Below, one piece after another: positions 1 through 10,746 of a DNA stretch of 64,000 nt. The stretch lies in contig CAWHXY010000004.1 of assembly GCA_963833575.1 (NCBI GenBank), forward strand, positions 352,001 through 416,000, in the 5' to 3' direction. Within the stretch, counting starts at the first letter, position 1. Every line of letters begins with the position of its first letter. The position numbers were made by a program, and so were the translations under genes. The notes under the pieces are model-generated. The model was not told where the DNA came from and searched no databases. It saw nothing but the letters and a program-made list of their open reading frames with translations. The DNA comes from Candidatus Bathyarchaeota archaeon. Its GTDB lineage: Archaea; Thermoproteota; Bathyarchaeia; Bathyarchaeales; Bathycorpusculaceae.

Positions 1-20
1 ACTCTAACAAAGCGAAAGTT

Positions 21-671
21 TCACGCTTCTGCCAGTATATTGATCAGTAAGCGTCGCTCTGCTTTCCGCAAGTGCTCCCCTAACGTTGAACCTCCAATGT
101 TAAGCTTTTTAGCAAGTTTTTCTGAGTTTATTCTTCGTGGAATGTCATAGTATCCAAGCTTGTAAGCTGCGATCAAGACATCCCTTTGCTTTTGGGTTAG
201 CTTGCTGAGAGGTGAGTCGGGTGAGAAGTTTGCTTCAGTCAGCGAAACTACTCTATGTCGGATTCCTAATGCCGTTATCTTCTTGACAAATTCGCCAACT
301 TGTTGTGCACTCCCGAGAAATGAAAAAGTTACTTTTCTCCCTCTGATTTCAAGGGGAGGGAACAAATATCCGCCAATGCCTAAATAATTAAGAATTGAAG
401 ATAGACTTGGCCCGCCTTTCAAGAAGACTGTGTAGGTTCTGCTGTTTTCTTGTTCAAGAAGCTGTGCTTCAACTAATAAGCCTCCAGCAAGCAGGTCTTC
501 GATTTTGAATGAGTCGTCCCTAAATTCAATTCTCGATATTACTGCGAACTCTTCACTGTCTTGCCTTAGGAAATGCAGAAAATCCAACGATTTTATTTTC
601 TGAAAGTCCCCTATTTCTAATCCTAATTTAGAAAGTTCTTTTTCTGAGATTTCTAAAATTAATCGACGCAT
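21..671 (-). CDS. Bat/HTH_10-family transcriptional regulator
   Basis: C-terminal LTQKQRDVLIAAYKLGYYDIPRRINSEKLA...EHLRKAE is the typical HTH_10 motif; divergent from the MMPL gene. Confidence 0.85.
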   Translation of the reverse strand: MRRLILEISEKELSKLGLEIGDFQKIKSLDFLHFLRQDSEEFAVISRIEFRDDSFKIEDLLAGGLLVEAQLLEQENSRTYTVFLKGGPSLSSILNYLGIGGYLFPPLEIRGRKVTFSFLGSAQQVGEFVKKITALGIRHRVVSLTEANFSPDSPLSKLTQKQRDVLIAAYKLGYYDIPRRINSEKLAKKLNIGGSTLGEHLRKAERRLLINILAEA

Positions 672-713
672 AAACGATATTCGTTTTCGTTTGATTTATT
701 CTTTGGTGCTGAC

Positions 714-727
714 CCGCATGTATGCGG
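714..727. promoter_or_regulatory. Palindromic operator candidate CCGCAT-gt-ATGCGG
   Basis: Perfect 6-bp inverted repeat between the divergent HTH regulator and MMPL gene. Confidence 0.4.
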
Positions 728-844
728 TAGAAAACTAATCCGTCAGCCAGCCCTCTAAAACCCTCTATTAAACAAAGATAAAGTTGGCTCAAAAATGATA
801 GTGAAAAAATGTCGTATTGACCATTCCGACAGGAGCAGATACTG

Positions 845-3800
845 ATGCCTAAGTCTTTCTTCGATTCATTAAACGCGTTTATTCGTAAACGTTACCGATG
901 GGTTATCATATCGTGGTTAGTTGTTGTGTTGCTTTCGTTGATTCTTGTTCCAAGCTTCTTTTCGGCAGTTTCTTATGATATTGTAGGTAGCGTTCAACCG
1001 CCTTCAAATAGTGAGTCAGATAGGACGCTTAAAATTCTTGATGCTCAGTTTCCAGAATTGAGTAATACTAGTCAAAATATTCTAAGTGTTGTTGTTCAAG
1101 GTACTTCACCTTACTCGGATTCATTGAAAGGTGTTATTCTCAAGTTGAATAGCACAATTTCAAAAGATAAAGATGTCAATAATTTTACTGGGGTAACAAG
1201 CCTTTACTCAGTTGAGGCAAGCTTACTAAATGAGTCTCTACCAGAGATTATTAATCAGACTGCAAACCTACAATCAAACATAACTACCATTAACTCAGGA
1301 CTATACGTTCTGCAAGATAACCTAACAGCACTAAGCACAAATCTATTTCAGCTGCAGAACGGCATCAACCAAACAGCCCAACTAGTATTTGGAGTCCCAT
1401 CGGCGTTCGTCGGCGTATGGCAAGGGGTTGTTCAAGGGTTTAACGCTCAGGGCTTAACAAACCCTGACCCATACATGGTTAATGTTCAAGCAAATTCAAC
1501 AGTGTTCACCGTAACTTCGAATTTTGGAAACAATGCCGAATCTATTGGCTACTACACTGCTTTCTTTAACGCTTGGAACAGCAGTTACGCAACTCTGCCA
1601 ATTAGCACCTTAATTTCTGACCGAGAAGCCTTTGCGATAGGTCAAGCTGTTTCGTCTCTTCTTAGCAGTTCCCAGCTCGACTCACAGACAAGCCAAATGA
1701 TAGGACTTGCAGCGTCAAATCTTACAGTTTCAAATTGGAACCAACTTTCAGCAATAGAAAATCTGACTATTTCAACTGTGGCATTAAGTATTCCTTCAAA
1801 TCTTTCATCTTCACTGGGGGTCTCGGCAACAAGCCTAGTCAATGAATTGTATAGCTTTGGGCCTTCTCCTTCAAACGAAAGTATTGCAAACTACGCCATT
1901 GCCCTTATAGAAACAAACTACTCGAACCAGACAATTCCGGATGTTGGATTTTCTGTTTCTAGCCTAATACAAGCTTCTTATGATCTTGGCCGATCACCTA
2001 GCAATACTCAATCGTGGGATCTATCTTGCGACTTTATTTCAAACGCCACTCAAAATGCTTTTATAGATTCGCCTCTGTTCAAAGTGAACAGCACATCATT
2101 AAGTTATCTTCTTTACACATTGCCCCAGAACACAACAATTGCTGACATAAGTAACGCCGTTGACAACGAGATATCAACTCAATCATATGTAAATTGCCCC
2201 TTTGCACTTCTAACCTCACTAACCAAGAATTTTGTAAACTCAAATAATGATACCATGCTAATTATCCTCAATTTCGCCTCAAGTCCAGAAGCCGACATAG
2301 TCGCGCACATAAGAACCGATATAGATACTACAGGGTTACAAAACTTTGGCACAGTTTATGTAACAGGCGGACCTGCCGTTTCCTTGGATTTGCGAAACAC
2401 CATTCTACCTGTCCTCGATATTACGCTGTTACCAGGAATCATTCTTTCCATCATAATCGTTGGACTTTTGCTTTTTTCGGTAACAGCGGCGGTGATTCCA
2501 ATAATAATGGGGGGTAGCTCCATTGTGGTGTCTCTTGCAGCCATATACCTTGGCATTGTTAAGATAGGGAACGCCAGCTTAACGTTTCTGACGCCAGCGT
2601 TAACACTGCTCTTATTGTTGGGCCTTGCGGTAGATTATGCAGTTTTGCAAATCAGACGCACAAAAGAAGAGCGTCTTCAAGGTAAATCAATCGAAGAAAG
2701 CGTAGGCATCTCAATTAAATGGGCAGGACAAGCTGTACTAACTGCAGGAACCACTGTCATAGTAGCATACGTTGTGATGGCATTAGCCAACGTTCCACTT
2801 TTTAGCACTGTTGGGCTTGCTATAGCAATAGGTGTCTCAGTTCTACTTGTCGCATCAATTACTCTGCTTCCAGCCCTCGAAATTGCGTTAGGTGATAGAC
2901 TTTTCTGGCCAGGTCTAAACAAACGCTTCATGAGAAACTCCAACCATAAGGGAATTTTGAAACGAGTAGTTGAAAGTACGCAAAAAAGGAAAGTTCTTGT
3001 AGTAATCATAATTGGCTTAGTATCTTTAGGCGCCATATTTGTCACTTTTAACACGCCCTTTAACAATGATGTTATGAAACTGATTCCAAACTTTTCAAGC
3101 AACCAAGGACTAAATGTTATATCAGACAACTTTGGAAGCGGAACAATATACCCAACATACATCACAGTCACAATGCCCACGCAGATAACATATGGAGATA
3201 ATCAATTCAACCAAACTCTACTTAACGAAATCGAGCATATCACCGCTACAGCTGCCGATTCAAAAGGCATCACAACTGTTGTAAGTCCAACGAGACCTTA
3301 TGGGAATTCATTCAACTACTCAAACATCGAAAACACGTCTGATGCCCTACGCTTGCAATATGAAAACCAAATGTTTACAGCAATTGGAAAAGACAACAAA
3401 ACCGTCTTAATCACCGTTGGACTCTCAGAATCAATCTTTAGCCAAAATGCGCTTAACTCTTTGTCTCAAATGGAAAAGACAATTAACAATTTAACGATCA
3501 TAAGCGGCACAACAATTCATTTTGGAGGTCAAGCTCAATCAACAAGTGATAGCGTATCATTCATGAATACTCTTGTTCCAGAAATTACAGCAATTCTAGC
3601 CGCTACAATATGCATAATTTTGTTTTTCCAACTAAGATCAGTATTAATGCCTCTTTATCTAATAGCTACGATACTTTGCAGTGTCATTTTATCCTTAGCA
3701 GCAATTTCACTGATATTCCACAGTGGCTTTAACTTGCCTATTGTTGTTTATGTTCCTTTGTTCGTAGTAGTAACAACGATTGGTGTCGGAGTAGACTATG

Positions 3801-4141
3801 GAGTATTTTTCGCTAACAGAGTACGCGAGGAAGCGGAAAACGGCAAAGCAGACAATGAAGCAGTAGTCATGGCTGTAGACAAAGTCTGGACGACCATTCT
3901 TGGACTTGGGCTTGTGTTGGCAGCGGTGTTCGCTTGTTTGCTTATACCTGGAATAGGAATTTTCGACGAACTAAGCATCGCCATTGCTATAGCAGTTTTA
4001 CTAGCAATTACTGTTGGTATCCTATTCTTTGTGCCCGCACTAATGGGACTAACACAAAAACTAAACTGGTGGCCACATAAACGATCCAGTGTAAACAATA
4101 AGAAAACAATAAAGGACAAGGATGTTAAAGACGAACTTTAA
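845..4141 (+). CDS. MMPL/RND-family membrane transporter
   Basis: 1098 aa; two TM bundles with GLAVDYA and GVGVDYG motifs; large extracellular loop. Confidence 0.9.
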   Translation: MPKSFFDSLNAFIRKRYRWVIISWLVVVLLSLILVPSFFSAVSYDIVGSVQPPSNSESDRTLKILDAQFPELSNTSQNILSVVVQGTSPYSDSLKGVILKLNSTISKDKDVNNFTGVTSLYSVEASLLNESLPEIINQTANLQSNITTINSGLYVLQDNLTALSTNLFQLQNGINQTAQLVFGVPSAFVGVWQGVVQGFNAQGLTNPDPYMVNVQANSTVFTVTSNFGNNAESIGYYTAFFNAWNSSYATLPISTLISDREAFAIGQAVSSLLSSSQLDSQTSQMIGLAASNLTVSNWNQLSAIENLTISTVALSIPSNLSSSLGVSATSLVNELYSFGPSPSNESIANYAIALIETNYSNQTIPDVGFSVSSLIQASYDLGRSPSNTQSWDLSCDFISNATQNAFIDSPLFKVNSTSLSYLLYTLPQNTTIADISNAVDNEISTQSYVNCPFALLTSLTKNFVNSNNDTMLIILNFASSPEADIVAHIRTDIDTTGLQNFGTVYVTGGPAVSLDLRNTILPVLDITLLPGIILSIIIVGLLLFSVTAAVIPIIMGGSSIVVSLAAIYLGIVKIGNASLTFLTPALTLLLLLGLAVDYAVLQIRRTKEERLQGKSIEESVGISIKWAGQAVLTAGTTVIVAYVVMALANVPLFSTVGLAIAIGVSVLLVASITLLPALEIALGDRLFWPGLNKRFMRNSNHKGILKRVVESTQKRKVLVVIIIGLVSLGAIFVTFNTPFNNDVMKLIPNFSSNQGLNVISDNFGSGTIYPTYITVTMPTQITYGDNQFNQTLLNEIEHITATAADSKGITTVVSPTRPYGNSFNYSNIENTSDALRLQYENQMFTAIGKDNKTVLITVGLSESIFSQNALNSLSQMEKTINNLTIISGTTIHFGGQAQSTSDSVSFMNTLVPEITAILAATICIILFFQLRSVLMPLYLIATILCSVILSLAAISLIFHSGFNLPIVVYVPLFVVVTTIGVGVDYGVFFANRVREEAENGKADNEAVVMAVDKVWTTILGLGLVLAAVFACLLIPGIGIFDELSIAIAIAVLLAITVGILFFVPALMGLTQKLNWWPHKRSSVNNKKTIKDKDVKDEL

Positions 4142-4257
4142 CCATTCAGCACTATTGATGTCTTGAAAGGCTATGACAATGAAACCTACTAGTATAGTCC
4201 CGTCCAACGATAAAATGTTATTATAATTAGATCCTCAATATCTTTTGAGGATAATTA

Positions 4258-5169
4258 TTGATTGATTATCTTGTTGGGACAGGTGGATGGAGCTACTTCA
4301 ATGTTCCAAATAAACCCTCTTTGAAAGCCTACAGTGAAATATTCAATTTTGTAGAAGTAAACTACACATTTTATGAGTACCCACCTGTACAAACTGTTGA
4401 AAAATGGAGAAAAACTGTTCCAAAAGACTTCACGTTTTCCGTGAGATGTCATCAAGACTTAACGCACAAAATAGGCTTAAACCCAGTAGATGAAGCCTAC
4501 GAAGTATTCTACAAAATCAAAACCTACGCTAATGTTCTGCAAACCCCTTACGTGGTGTTAGAGACTCCTAAAGGCTATGTAATAGACAACTGTACAAGAG
4601 ATTTTCTGTCTACATTAAACTTGAAAGGCGTCGAGCTTGTCTGGGAATACAGAGCACCCCTAACTGAAGAAGTAACTAACTTGATGCAAGATTTCAACAT
4701 AATACAGAGCGTCGATTTGTCAATCCAGAAACCAAGCTACAACTTGGATGTAACTTATTCAAGATTATTTGGAAAGGGACAAAACAACATCTACCAATTC
4801 ACAGATGATGAACTAGTGGAAATACAACATAATGCTGAAGAGACCAATTCAAAGCAAGTAATTCTAGCTTATCATGGTTTGAGGATGAATGGTGACGCTT
4901 TGAGGTTTCAAAAGCATTTGGAAACTGGGAATTTCTTACCTGTAACTTCTGCTACCGGTGTAGATTCAGCGAAAGCGGTCTTAGCTGAAGACGCTACGTT
5001 CCCAACTTCCAAATCAGAATTAATCAAAAAACAAGGCTGGAAAGTCATAGATGTTAAACAAAACAAAACAGCTCACCTATCCGAATTTCTAAACAGAATT
5101 CCAGACAAAAACTACAGCCACATAAACGAAGTTGTGAAGGAGCTAGAAGTAGTTATTGGACAAAAATAA
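4258..5169 (+). CDS. DUF72 family protein with extra C-terminal helical domain
   Basis: VGTGGWSY, VEVNYTFY and YSRLFGK motifs; tail FPTSKSELI...IPDKNY resembles DUF2795. Confidence 0.8.
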   Translation: MIDYLVGTGGWSYFNVPNKPSLKAYSEIFNFVEVNYTFYEYPPVQTVEKWRKTVPKDFTFSVRCHQDLTHKIGLNPVDEAYEVFYKIKTYANVLQTPYVVLETPKGYVIDNCTRDFLSTLNLKGVELVWEYRAPLTEEVTNLMQDFNIIQSVDLSIQKPSYNLDVTYSRLFGKGQNNIYQFTDDELVEIQHNAEETNSKQVILAYHGLRMNGDALRFQKHLETGNFLPVTSATGVDSAKAVLAEDATFPTSKSELIKKQGWKVIDVKQNKTAHLSEFLNRIPDKNYSHINEVVKELEVVIGQK

Positions 5170-5983
5170 CATTATTTTAGGAACTTGCGGATGGAGTTAC
5201 AAAGAATGGGAAGGCAACTTCTACCAGATTAAGAGCGGGCAGAGCAAACTTCGAGCTTACTCAAGAGTGTTCAAAACTGCTGAAATAGACTCAACTTTCT
5301 ACCGCAATCCCACTAAAGGAACAGTTATGGGGTGGCTAAAGTATTCACCCAGTGACTTTGTTTTTACTGCTAAACTACCTAAAACAATAACCCATGACAA
5401 CATGCTGGGTTTAAAGAATGATGTTAAGGCAAATCTTGAAGTGTTTTTGGATTTAATGAGACCCCTTCAACTGGGTGGAAAACTTGGGTGTTTACTCATT
5501 CAGTTGCCGCCAAAATACACGTATAATCCGGGGAACCTGGAAGATTTTTTCAAGTTGCTTGACCCCATGTTTAGGTATGCAGTGGAATTTAGAAATGTTA
5601 CATGGTTGCTTCCTGAAACAGTGACTTTTAAGCTCTTAGAGAAATACGAAGTTGCTTATACTATTGTGGATGAGCCGCTTCTTCCGCCAGAAATCCATTT
5701 GACCACTGATTTTGCTTATTTCAGATGGCATGGCAAGGGTGAAGACATCTGGTTTAACTACAGGTACAATGCAGAAGAGCTAGATGCTTGGATTCCGAAA
5801 GTGCAAGAAACCTCAAGCAAAGTCAAGAAAGTCTACGGGTACTTTAACAATCACTACCACGGCTACGCTCCAGAGAACTGCCTTCAATTAATTGAAAAGC
5901 TTGGATTAACAACTGAAGAACAAAAGAGGGCGAAGACGAAAAACACTGTTAAACAATCGCAACTTGGCTCTTTCTTTAGTTAA
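5156..5983 (+). CDS. DUF72 family protein
   Basis: GTCGWSY, EIDSTFY, LIQLPP, FRWHG and YFNNHY motifs; overlaps the upstream DUF72 gene. Confidence 0.9.
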   Translation: MDKNNIILGTCGWSYKEWEGNFYQIKSGQSKLRAYSRVFKTAEIDSTFYRNPTKGTVMGWLKYSPSDFVFTAKLPKTITHDNMLGLKNDVKANLEVFLDLMRPLQLGGKLGCLLIQLPPKYTYNPGNLEDFFKLLDPMFRYAVEFRNVTWLLPETVTFKLLEKYEVAYTIVDEPLLPPEIHLTTDFAYFRWHGKGEDIWFNYRYNAEELDAWIPKVQETSSKVKKVYGYFNNHYHGYAPENCLQLIEKLGLTTEEQKRAKTKNTVKQSQLGSFFS

Positions 5984-6166
5984 ACTCTTCACATGCATTC
6001 AAAACTTCAAACAGCATGATTAGCTTCTTGAAACCAGTAGATCGAATCTAAAAACAATTCAAACTCTAACCAAAAAACCACTTAAACCACAAAGAAAAAA
6101 AGCACAATAGAGCCAGCAATAACTAGATTTCAGAGTTTCTAAACAAATCTCTTCTGGATTCTGGAT

Positions 6167-6314
6167 TGTCTAAAAATGTCAAATCGCGTCAAATTGTGTC
6201 AATTTATGTCAAATTATGTCAAAAAATGTATCAACCTGCGACTAAATCAAGCCTTAAACCAAAAAAGCAACCCAGAACAAACTGGAAAAAATGGCAAAAA
6301 GGTGTTGTTGTTCT
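6167..6314 (+). repeat. Dispersed repeat copy A (TGTCAAATTA-type 10-mer array plus conserved tail)
   Basis: 6-7 units at 10-bp period, then TCAACCTGC...AAATCAAGCCTTAAACCAAAAAAGCAACCC; homologous to 20796-20936 in inverted orientation. Confidence 0.85.
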
Positions 6315-6321
6315 ACTAATC

Positions 6322-9300
6322 TTACCAGAGTTTCCAGGGTAAGTCGTCCATGTACTCGTTTAGGGAGCGGATGGAGTTGCCGTTTTTGCCTTTTTGCTTT
6401 AGTACATCAACAAGTGCTGCTGCCAACTGCAGGTTTGTTATGACTGGTATGTTGAACTCTACTGCTTGGCGTCGGATAATGTAGCCATCAGTTAGGATGT
6501 CTGAGAAACTGTTCTGTCTATTTGCTATGGGCACGTTAATTACTAAATCTATTTTGCGTTCTTGCAAATAGTCTAAGATGTTGGGGTTGGCTTGGGGTTC
6601 CCTTACTTTGTAGAGGAAAGTTGCATTTACGCCAGCTTGATTGAGAACCTTAGCTGTATGAGCAGTCGCGTAGATTCTAAAACCCATCTCCGCTAAAGCT
6701 TGGGCGATGGGTACTACACGTTTTTTCCGTTCCTCATCGCCGCCTACACTTATGAATACGGCACCGTCTTTGGGCGGTATGGTAAATTCTGCCGACTGCA
6801 AAGCTTTTGAAAAAGCATCCGAAAAGTTTTCGCCTAAACAGGCCACTTCGCCAGTGCTAAGCATCTCAACTCCCAAAACAGGATCTGCACCGCTTAAACG
6901 CATAAAACTAAACTGAGGAACCTTAACACCCACATGAGGCGCAACAGTCATCGGCGACAGCTTAACGCCATCAATTTTCTTACCCAACATTGCTAAAGTG
7001 GCAAGTTCAATGAGGTTGATTCCGCGGGTTTTACTTACAAACGGCATGGAACGTGAAGCTCGCAAATTGCATTCAATCACATTAACTACATCATCTTTTA
7101 CAAGGTACTGAATGTTGTAGGGTCCATGAATGTTGAGAGCTTTGACTATTCTTTGTGTGCAATCCTCTATTTTCTTTTGAACCTCAATCTTTAGGGCTTG
7201 AGGAGGAATAGTCATGGTTGCATCGCCACTGTGGACCCCAGCATTCTCCACGTGCTCCATTATAGCGCCAATCAACACGGTTTCTCCATCAGAAACCCCA
7301 TCAACCTCGACTTCTTTAGCACGATTAATAAATTTACTAATAACAACTGGGTGATCAGGCGAAACCTTCGCCGCTAAATTAAGGAAATTCTCAAGAGACG
7401 TCTCGTTATACGCCACGCGCATTGCTGAGCCTGACAGCACATAGCTTGGACGCACAATAACTGGGAATCCGATTTTTTCAGCAAACCGCTTTGCATCACT
7501 AATAGAGAGGAGTTTGCTCCATGGAGGCTGAGAAATCCCCAACTGATCTAGAAGGGCACTGAATTTTGAGCGGTCTTCAGCCAAATCCACATTCTCAGCC
7601 GATGTGCCCAGAAGTTTTACGCCAGCATTTGCAAGTTTCATAGCTAGATTATTTGGAATTTGACCGCCAACGCTAGCGATGACTCCTAACGGATTCTCTT
7701 TCTCGTAAATATCCAAAATCCGTTCAGTAGATAATTCTTCAAAGTATAGTTTGTCTGAAACATCATAATCGGTTGAAACGGTTTCGGGATTATAATTTAC
7801 CATTATTGCTTCTTTTATGCCGTTTTTCTTTAGTGCCCAGATTGTGTTTACGCCGCACCAGTCAAATTCTACGCTTGAACCTATCCGAAAAACCCCAGCG
7901 CCCAACACAATTACTTTGCTTTCGGTAGTGCTTAATTCGATGTCATCCTCGTCTCCACCGTATGTGAGGTAGAGATAGTTTGTTTTGGCAGGCCATTCAG
8001 CGGCTAAGGTGTCAATTTGCTTTACTGCCGGAATTATGTTAGCTCCTTTTCTATATGCCCTTATTGTAAATTCATCTGTACATTGGCATTGGGCTATTTG
8101 CTTGTCTGAGAAACCTAAGCGTTTAGCTTCACGAATAACTTCTGCAGAACTACTTTCTCCAAGATTTAGCTCACGAAGTTCTGCTTCCATGTTAATTATG
8201 TTCTGAATCTTATGCAGGAAAAACGGATCTACACCGCTTAAACGATAAATTTCATTTATGGATATTCCCAATTTTAATGCTTTAACAAGCTCATAGAGTC
8301 GTTCATCAGTTGGGTTTGCGATTGCATCTCTAATTCTTTCTTCTGATTCAGGCTCAGAATCCTCGGGGTTGCAGACTAATCCTATTTTGCCAATATCCAA
8401 CATTCGCACCGCTTTCTGCAATGCCTCTTCAAAACAGCGTCCAATCGCCATAACCTCGCCCACCGAACGCATCTGAGGCCCCACATGGCGATCAGCATTC
8501 TTAAACTTCTGCAGATCCCAACGAGGAATTTTCACCGTTATATAATCTAATGCTGGTTCGAAGCAGGCGGTTGTGACTTCAGTTACTTTATTTATCAGCT
8601 CGGGAAGCGTGTAACCAAGCGTTAACTTTGTCGCTATATAGGCTAAGGGATAACCTGTAACTTTGCTCGCTAAAGCTGAGCTTCTGGACATACGGGAGTT
8701 AACTTCGATAACCCGGTATTCTTCGGACTTAGGATGGAGAGCCCATTGGATGTTACATTCGCCAACAATACCCAAACTTCTAATCGCATTTATCGAAGTA
8801 GACCGGATCAAATGGTATTCGCGGTTTGACAACGTTTGTGATGGTGCAATAACTATGGAGTCGCCGGTGTGAACGCCCATAGGGTCAAAGTTTTCCATGT
8901 TGCAAACTGTTAAGCAGTTATCGGAGTAGTCACGCATGACTTCATATTCAACTTCTTTCCAGTGACCAACATACTCTTCGATGAGAACCTGTCCAATGCG
9001 GCTTTGAGCTATTCCGCGGGTCGCAATTTCTTTAAGTTCAGCGACGTTGTGAGCAACTCCAGCACCTTTTCCGCCAAGAGTGTAGGCAACACGCACTATG
9101 ACCGGGTAACCGATTTCCTCAGCTACTTCTAAGGCGTGGTTTACGCTTGTGGCTGATTTGCTTTGTAACGGTGGAACACCTGCTTTAAGCATTGCTTGGC
9201 GAAACCGCTCTCGGTCACCCGTGTCTTCTATGGCTTTGACAGGCGTACCTAAAACTTTAACATTATACTTTTGCAGTATGCCTGATTTTTCCAGTTCGAT

Positions 9301-9597
9301 ACCGCAGTTAAGAGCTGTTTGTCCGCCGAATCCTAATAGGATGCCATCGGGGCGTTCTTTTTCTATGACTTTTTCGACGTATTCTGGGGTGACGGGAAGA
9401 AGATAGACCTTGCCTGATAAACGTGGGTCAGTCTGGATGGTGGCTATGTTAGGGTTAATTAGTACTGTTTCAATGCCCTCTTCTTTGAGAGCCTTCAGGC
9501 ATTGGCTTCCTGAATAATCAAATTCGGCTGCTTCACCGATTTTTATTGCGCCGCTTCCAAGAACCATCACTTTTTTTATCCAGTCAAACTTGGGCAT
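6322..9597 (-). CDS. carB: Carbamoyl-phosphate synthase large subunit
   Basis: GSGAIKIGEAAEFDYSG; two ATP-grasp domains; C-terminal MGS domain. Confidence 0.98.
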   Translation of the reverse strand: MPKFDWIKKVMVLGSGAIKIGEAAEFDYSGSQCLKALKEEGIETVLINPNIATIQTDPRLSGKVYLLPVTPEYVEKVIEKERPDGILLGFGGQTALNCGIELEKSGILQKYNVKVLGTPVKAIEDTGDRERFRQAMLKAGVPPLQSKSATSVNHALEVAEEIGYPVIVRVAYTLGGKGAGVAHNVAELKEIATRGIAQSRIGQVLIEEYVGHWKEVEYEVMRDYSDNCLTVCNMENFDPMGVHTGDSIVIAPSQTLSNREYHLIRSTSINAIRSLGIVGECNIQWALHPKSEEYRVIEVNSRMSRSSALASKVTGYPLAYIATKLTLGYTLPELINKVTEVTTACFEPALDYITVKIPRWDLQKFKNADRHVGPQMRSVGEVMAIGRCFEEALQKAVRMLDIGKIGLVCNPEDSEPESEERIRDAIANPTDERLYELVKALKLGISINEIYRLSGVDPFFLHKIQNIINMEAELRELNLGESSSAEVIREAKRLGFSDKQIAQCQCTDEFTIRAYRKGANIIPAVKQIDTLAAEWPAKTNYLYLTYGGDEDDIELSTTESKVIVLGAGVFRIGSSVEFDWCGVNTIWALKKNGIKEAIMVNYNPETVSTDYDVSDKLYFEELSTERILDIYEKENPLGVIASVGGQIPNNLAMKLANAGVKLLGTSAENVDLAEDRSKFSALLDQLGISQPPWSKLLSISDAKRFAEKIGFPVIVRPSYVLSGSAMRVAYNETSLENFLNLAAKVSPDHPVVISKFINRAKEVEVDGVSDGETVLIGAIMEHVENAGVHSGDATMTIPPQALKIEVQKKIEDCTQRIVKALNIHGPYNIQYLVKDDVVNVIECNLRASRSMPFVSKTRGINLIELATLAMLGKKIDGVKLSPMTVAPHVGVKVPQFSFMRLSGADPVLGVEMLSTGEVACLGENFSDAFSKALQSAEFTIPPKDGAVFISVGGDEERKKRVVPIAQALAEMGFRIYATAHTAKVLNQAGVNATFLYKVREPQANPNILDYLQERKIDLVINVPIANRQNSFSDILTDGYIIRRQAVEFNIPVITNLQLAAALVDVLKQKGKNGNSIRSLNEYMDDLPWKLW

Positions 9598-10742
9598 TAT
9601 TTAGCCTCCAACGTTTTAGCGAATTTATCAAATAACAACTCAGTGTCGTATGGTCCTGGTGACGCTTCAGGATGCCACTGCACAGCAAAAACAGGCTTAT
9701 TTCTGTGTTTGACGCCCTCTGTCGTCTTGTCGTTGGGATTAACGAACCATGGCTCCAGCGGCGTTTTCTTTAACGATTCTAAATCGATTGCATACCCGTG
9801 ATTTTGAGTGGTAATGTAGCATCGGTTACTGTTTAGGTCAAGGGCAGGTTGGTTTTGGGCGCGATGACCGAATTTTAGTTTGTAGGTGTCTCCGCCCATT
9901 GATAATGCCAATATTTGGGCACCTAAACATATTCCCATAAGTGGAACCTTTTCAACTAATTCCTTGATGCACTGTATTGTGTTAGTGCATTTTTTGGGGT
10001 CTCCTGGACCGTTGCTTAAGAAAACACCGTCAGGATCGTAAGCCATTACTTCGCTAGCGGAGGTATCATAAGGCACTCGAACAACATTGATACCTCGTTT
10101 AAGCAAATTACGAATAATGCTATATTTGACTCCACAGTCTATTAGTACAACGGTTTTTTTACCTTCAACGCTATATTTGACGGGTTTTTTAACTGAAACT
10201 TCTTTGACTAAATCCGTTAAGTTGGGGTCAGCAATGTTTTTGCCGTTACTAAGAATAGCGTTCAAATCAGGTTCTTCACCTGATTCAAAGACTTGCAGAA
10301 TTCCAAGCATGACACCGTGAGTTCTGAGTTTTTTTGTCAGTCGTCTAGTGTCGATTCCATAAATGCCTGGGACACCTTCGTCAAGTAGCCACTTGTCGAG
10401 GGTTCTTGTGGATGCCCAATGAAAAGGTTCGTGGCATAACTCATGAATTACTAAGCCTTGAACTTGGATGTGGTCTGACTCAAAATAGAGCGGAAAACCA
10501 AGATTTAATTGAGTTGAGGGAACGCCGTAGTTACCTACAAGAGGGTAAGTAAACGTTAAAATTTGACCTTTATAGGATGGATCAGTAAGCGCTTCCGGAT
10601 AACCAACCATCTGAGTAGAAAATACTACTTCTCCTGAGATCTTTCCTGTTGCGCCAAAACCTTTGCCGATAAATGACGTTCCGTCTTCAAGAAGCAGAAT
10701 TGCTTTTTTATTTTTGTTGGACGTGCTATGTTGTGGGACCAA
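9597..10742 (-). CDS. carA: Carbamoyl-phosphate synthase small subunit
   Basis: LEDG, SNGPGDP, GICLG and QWHPE motifs. Confidence 0.98.
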   Translation of the reverse strand: MVPQHSTSNKNKKAILLLEDGTSFIGKGFGATGKISGEVVFSTQMVGYPEALTDPSYKGQILTFTYPLVGNYGVPSTQLNLGFPLYFESDHIQVQGLVIHELCHEPFHWASTRTLDKWLLDEGVPGIYGIDTRRLTKKLRTHGVMLGILQVFESGEEPDLNAILSNGKNIADPNLTDLVKEVSVKKPVKYSVEGKKTVVLIDCGVKYSIIRNLLKRGINVVRVPYDTSASEVMAYDPDGVFLSNGPGDPKKCTNTIQCIKELVEKVPLMGICLGAQILALSMGGDTYKLKFGHRAQNQPALDLNSNRCYITTQNHGYAIDLESLKKTPLEPWFVNPNDKTTEGVKHRNKPVFAVQWHPEASPGPYDTELLFDKFAKTLEAK

Positions 10743-10746
10743 AGCC

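Noticed and set aside
2677-3180. Long antisense ORFs (also 12635, 33148, 36577, 38725 and others)
   Set aside because: Shadow frames of well-supported genes, with no motifs
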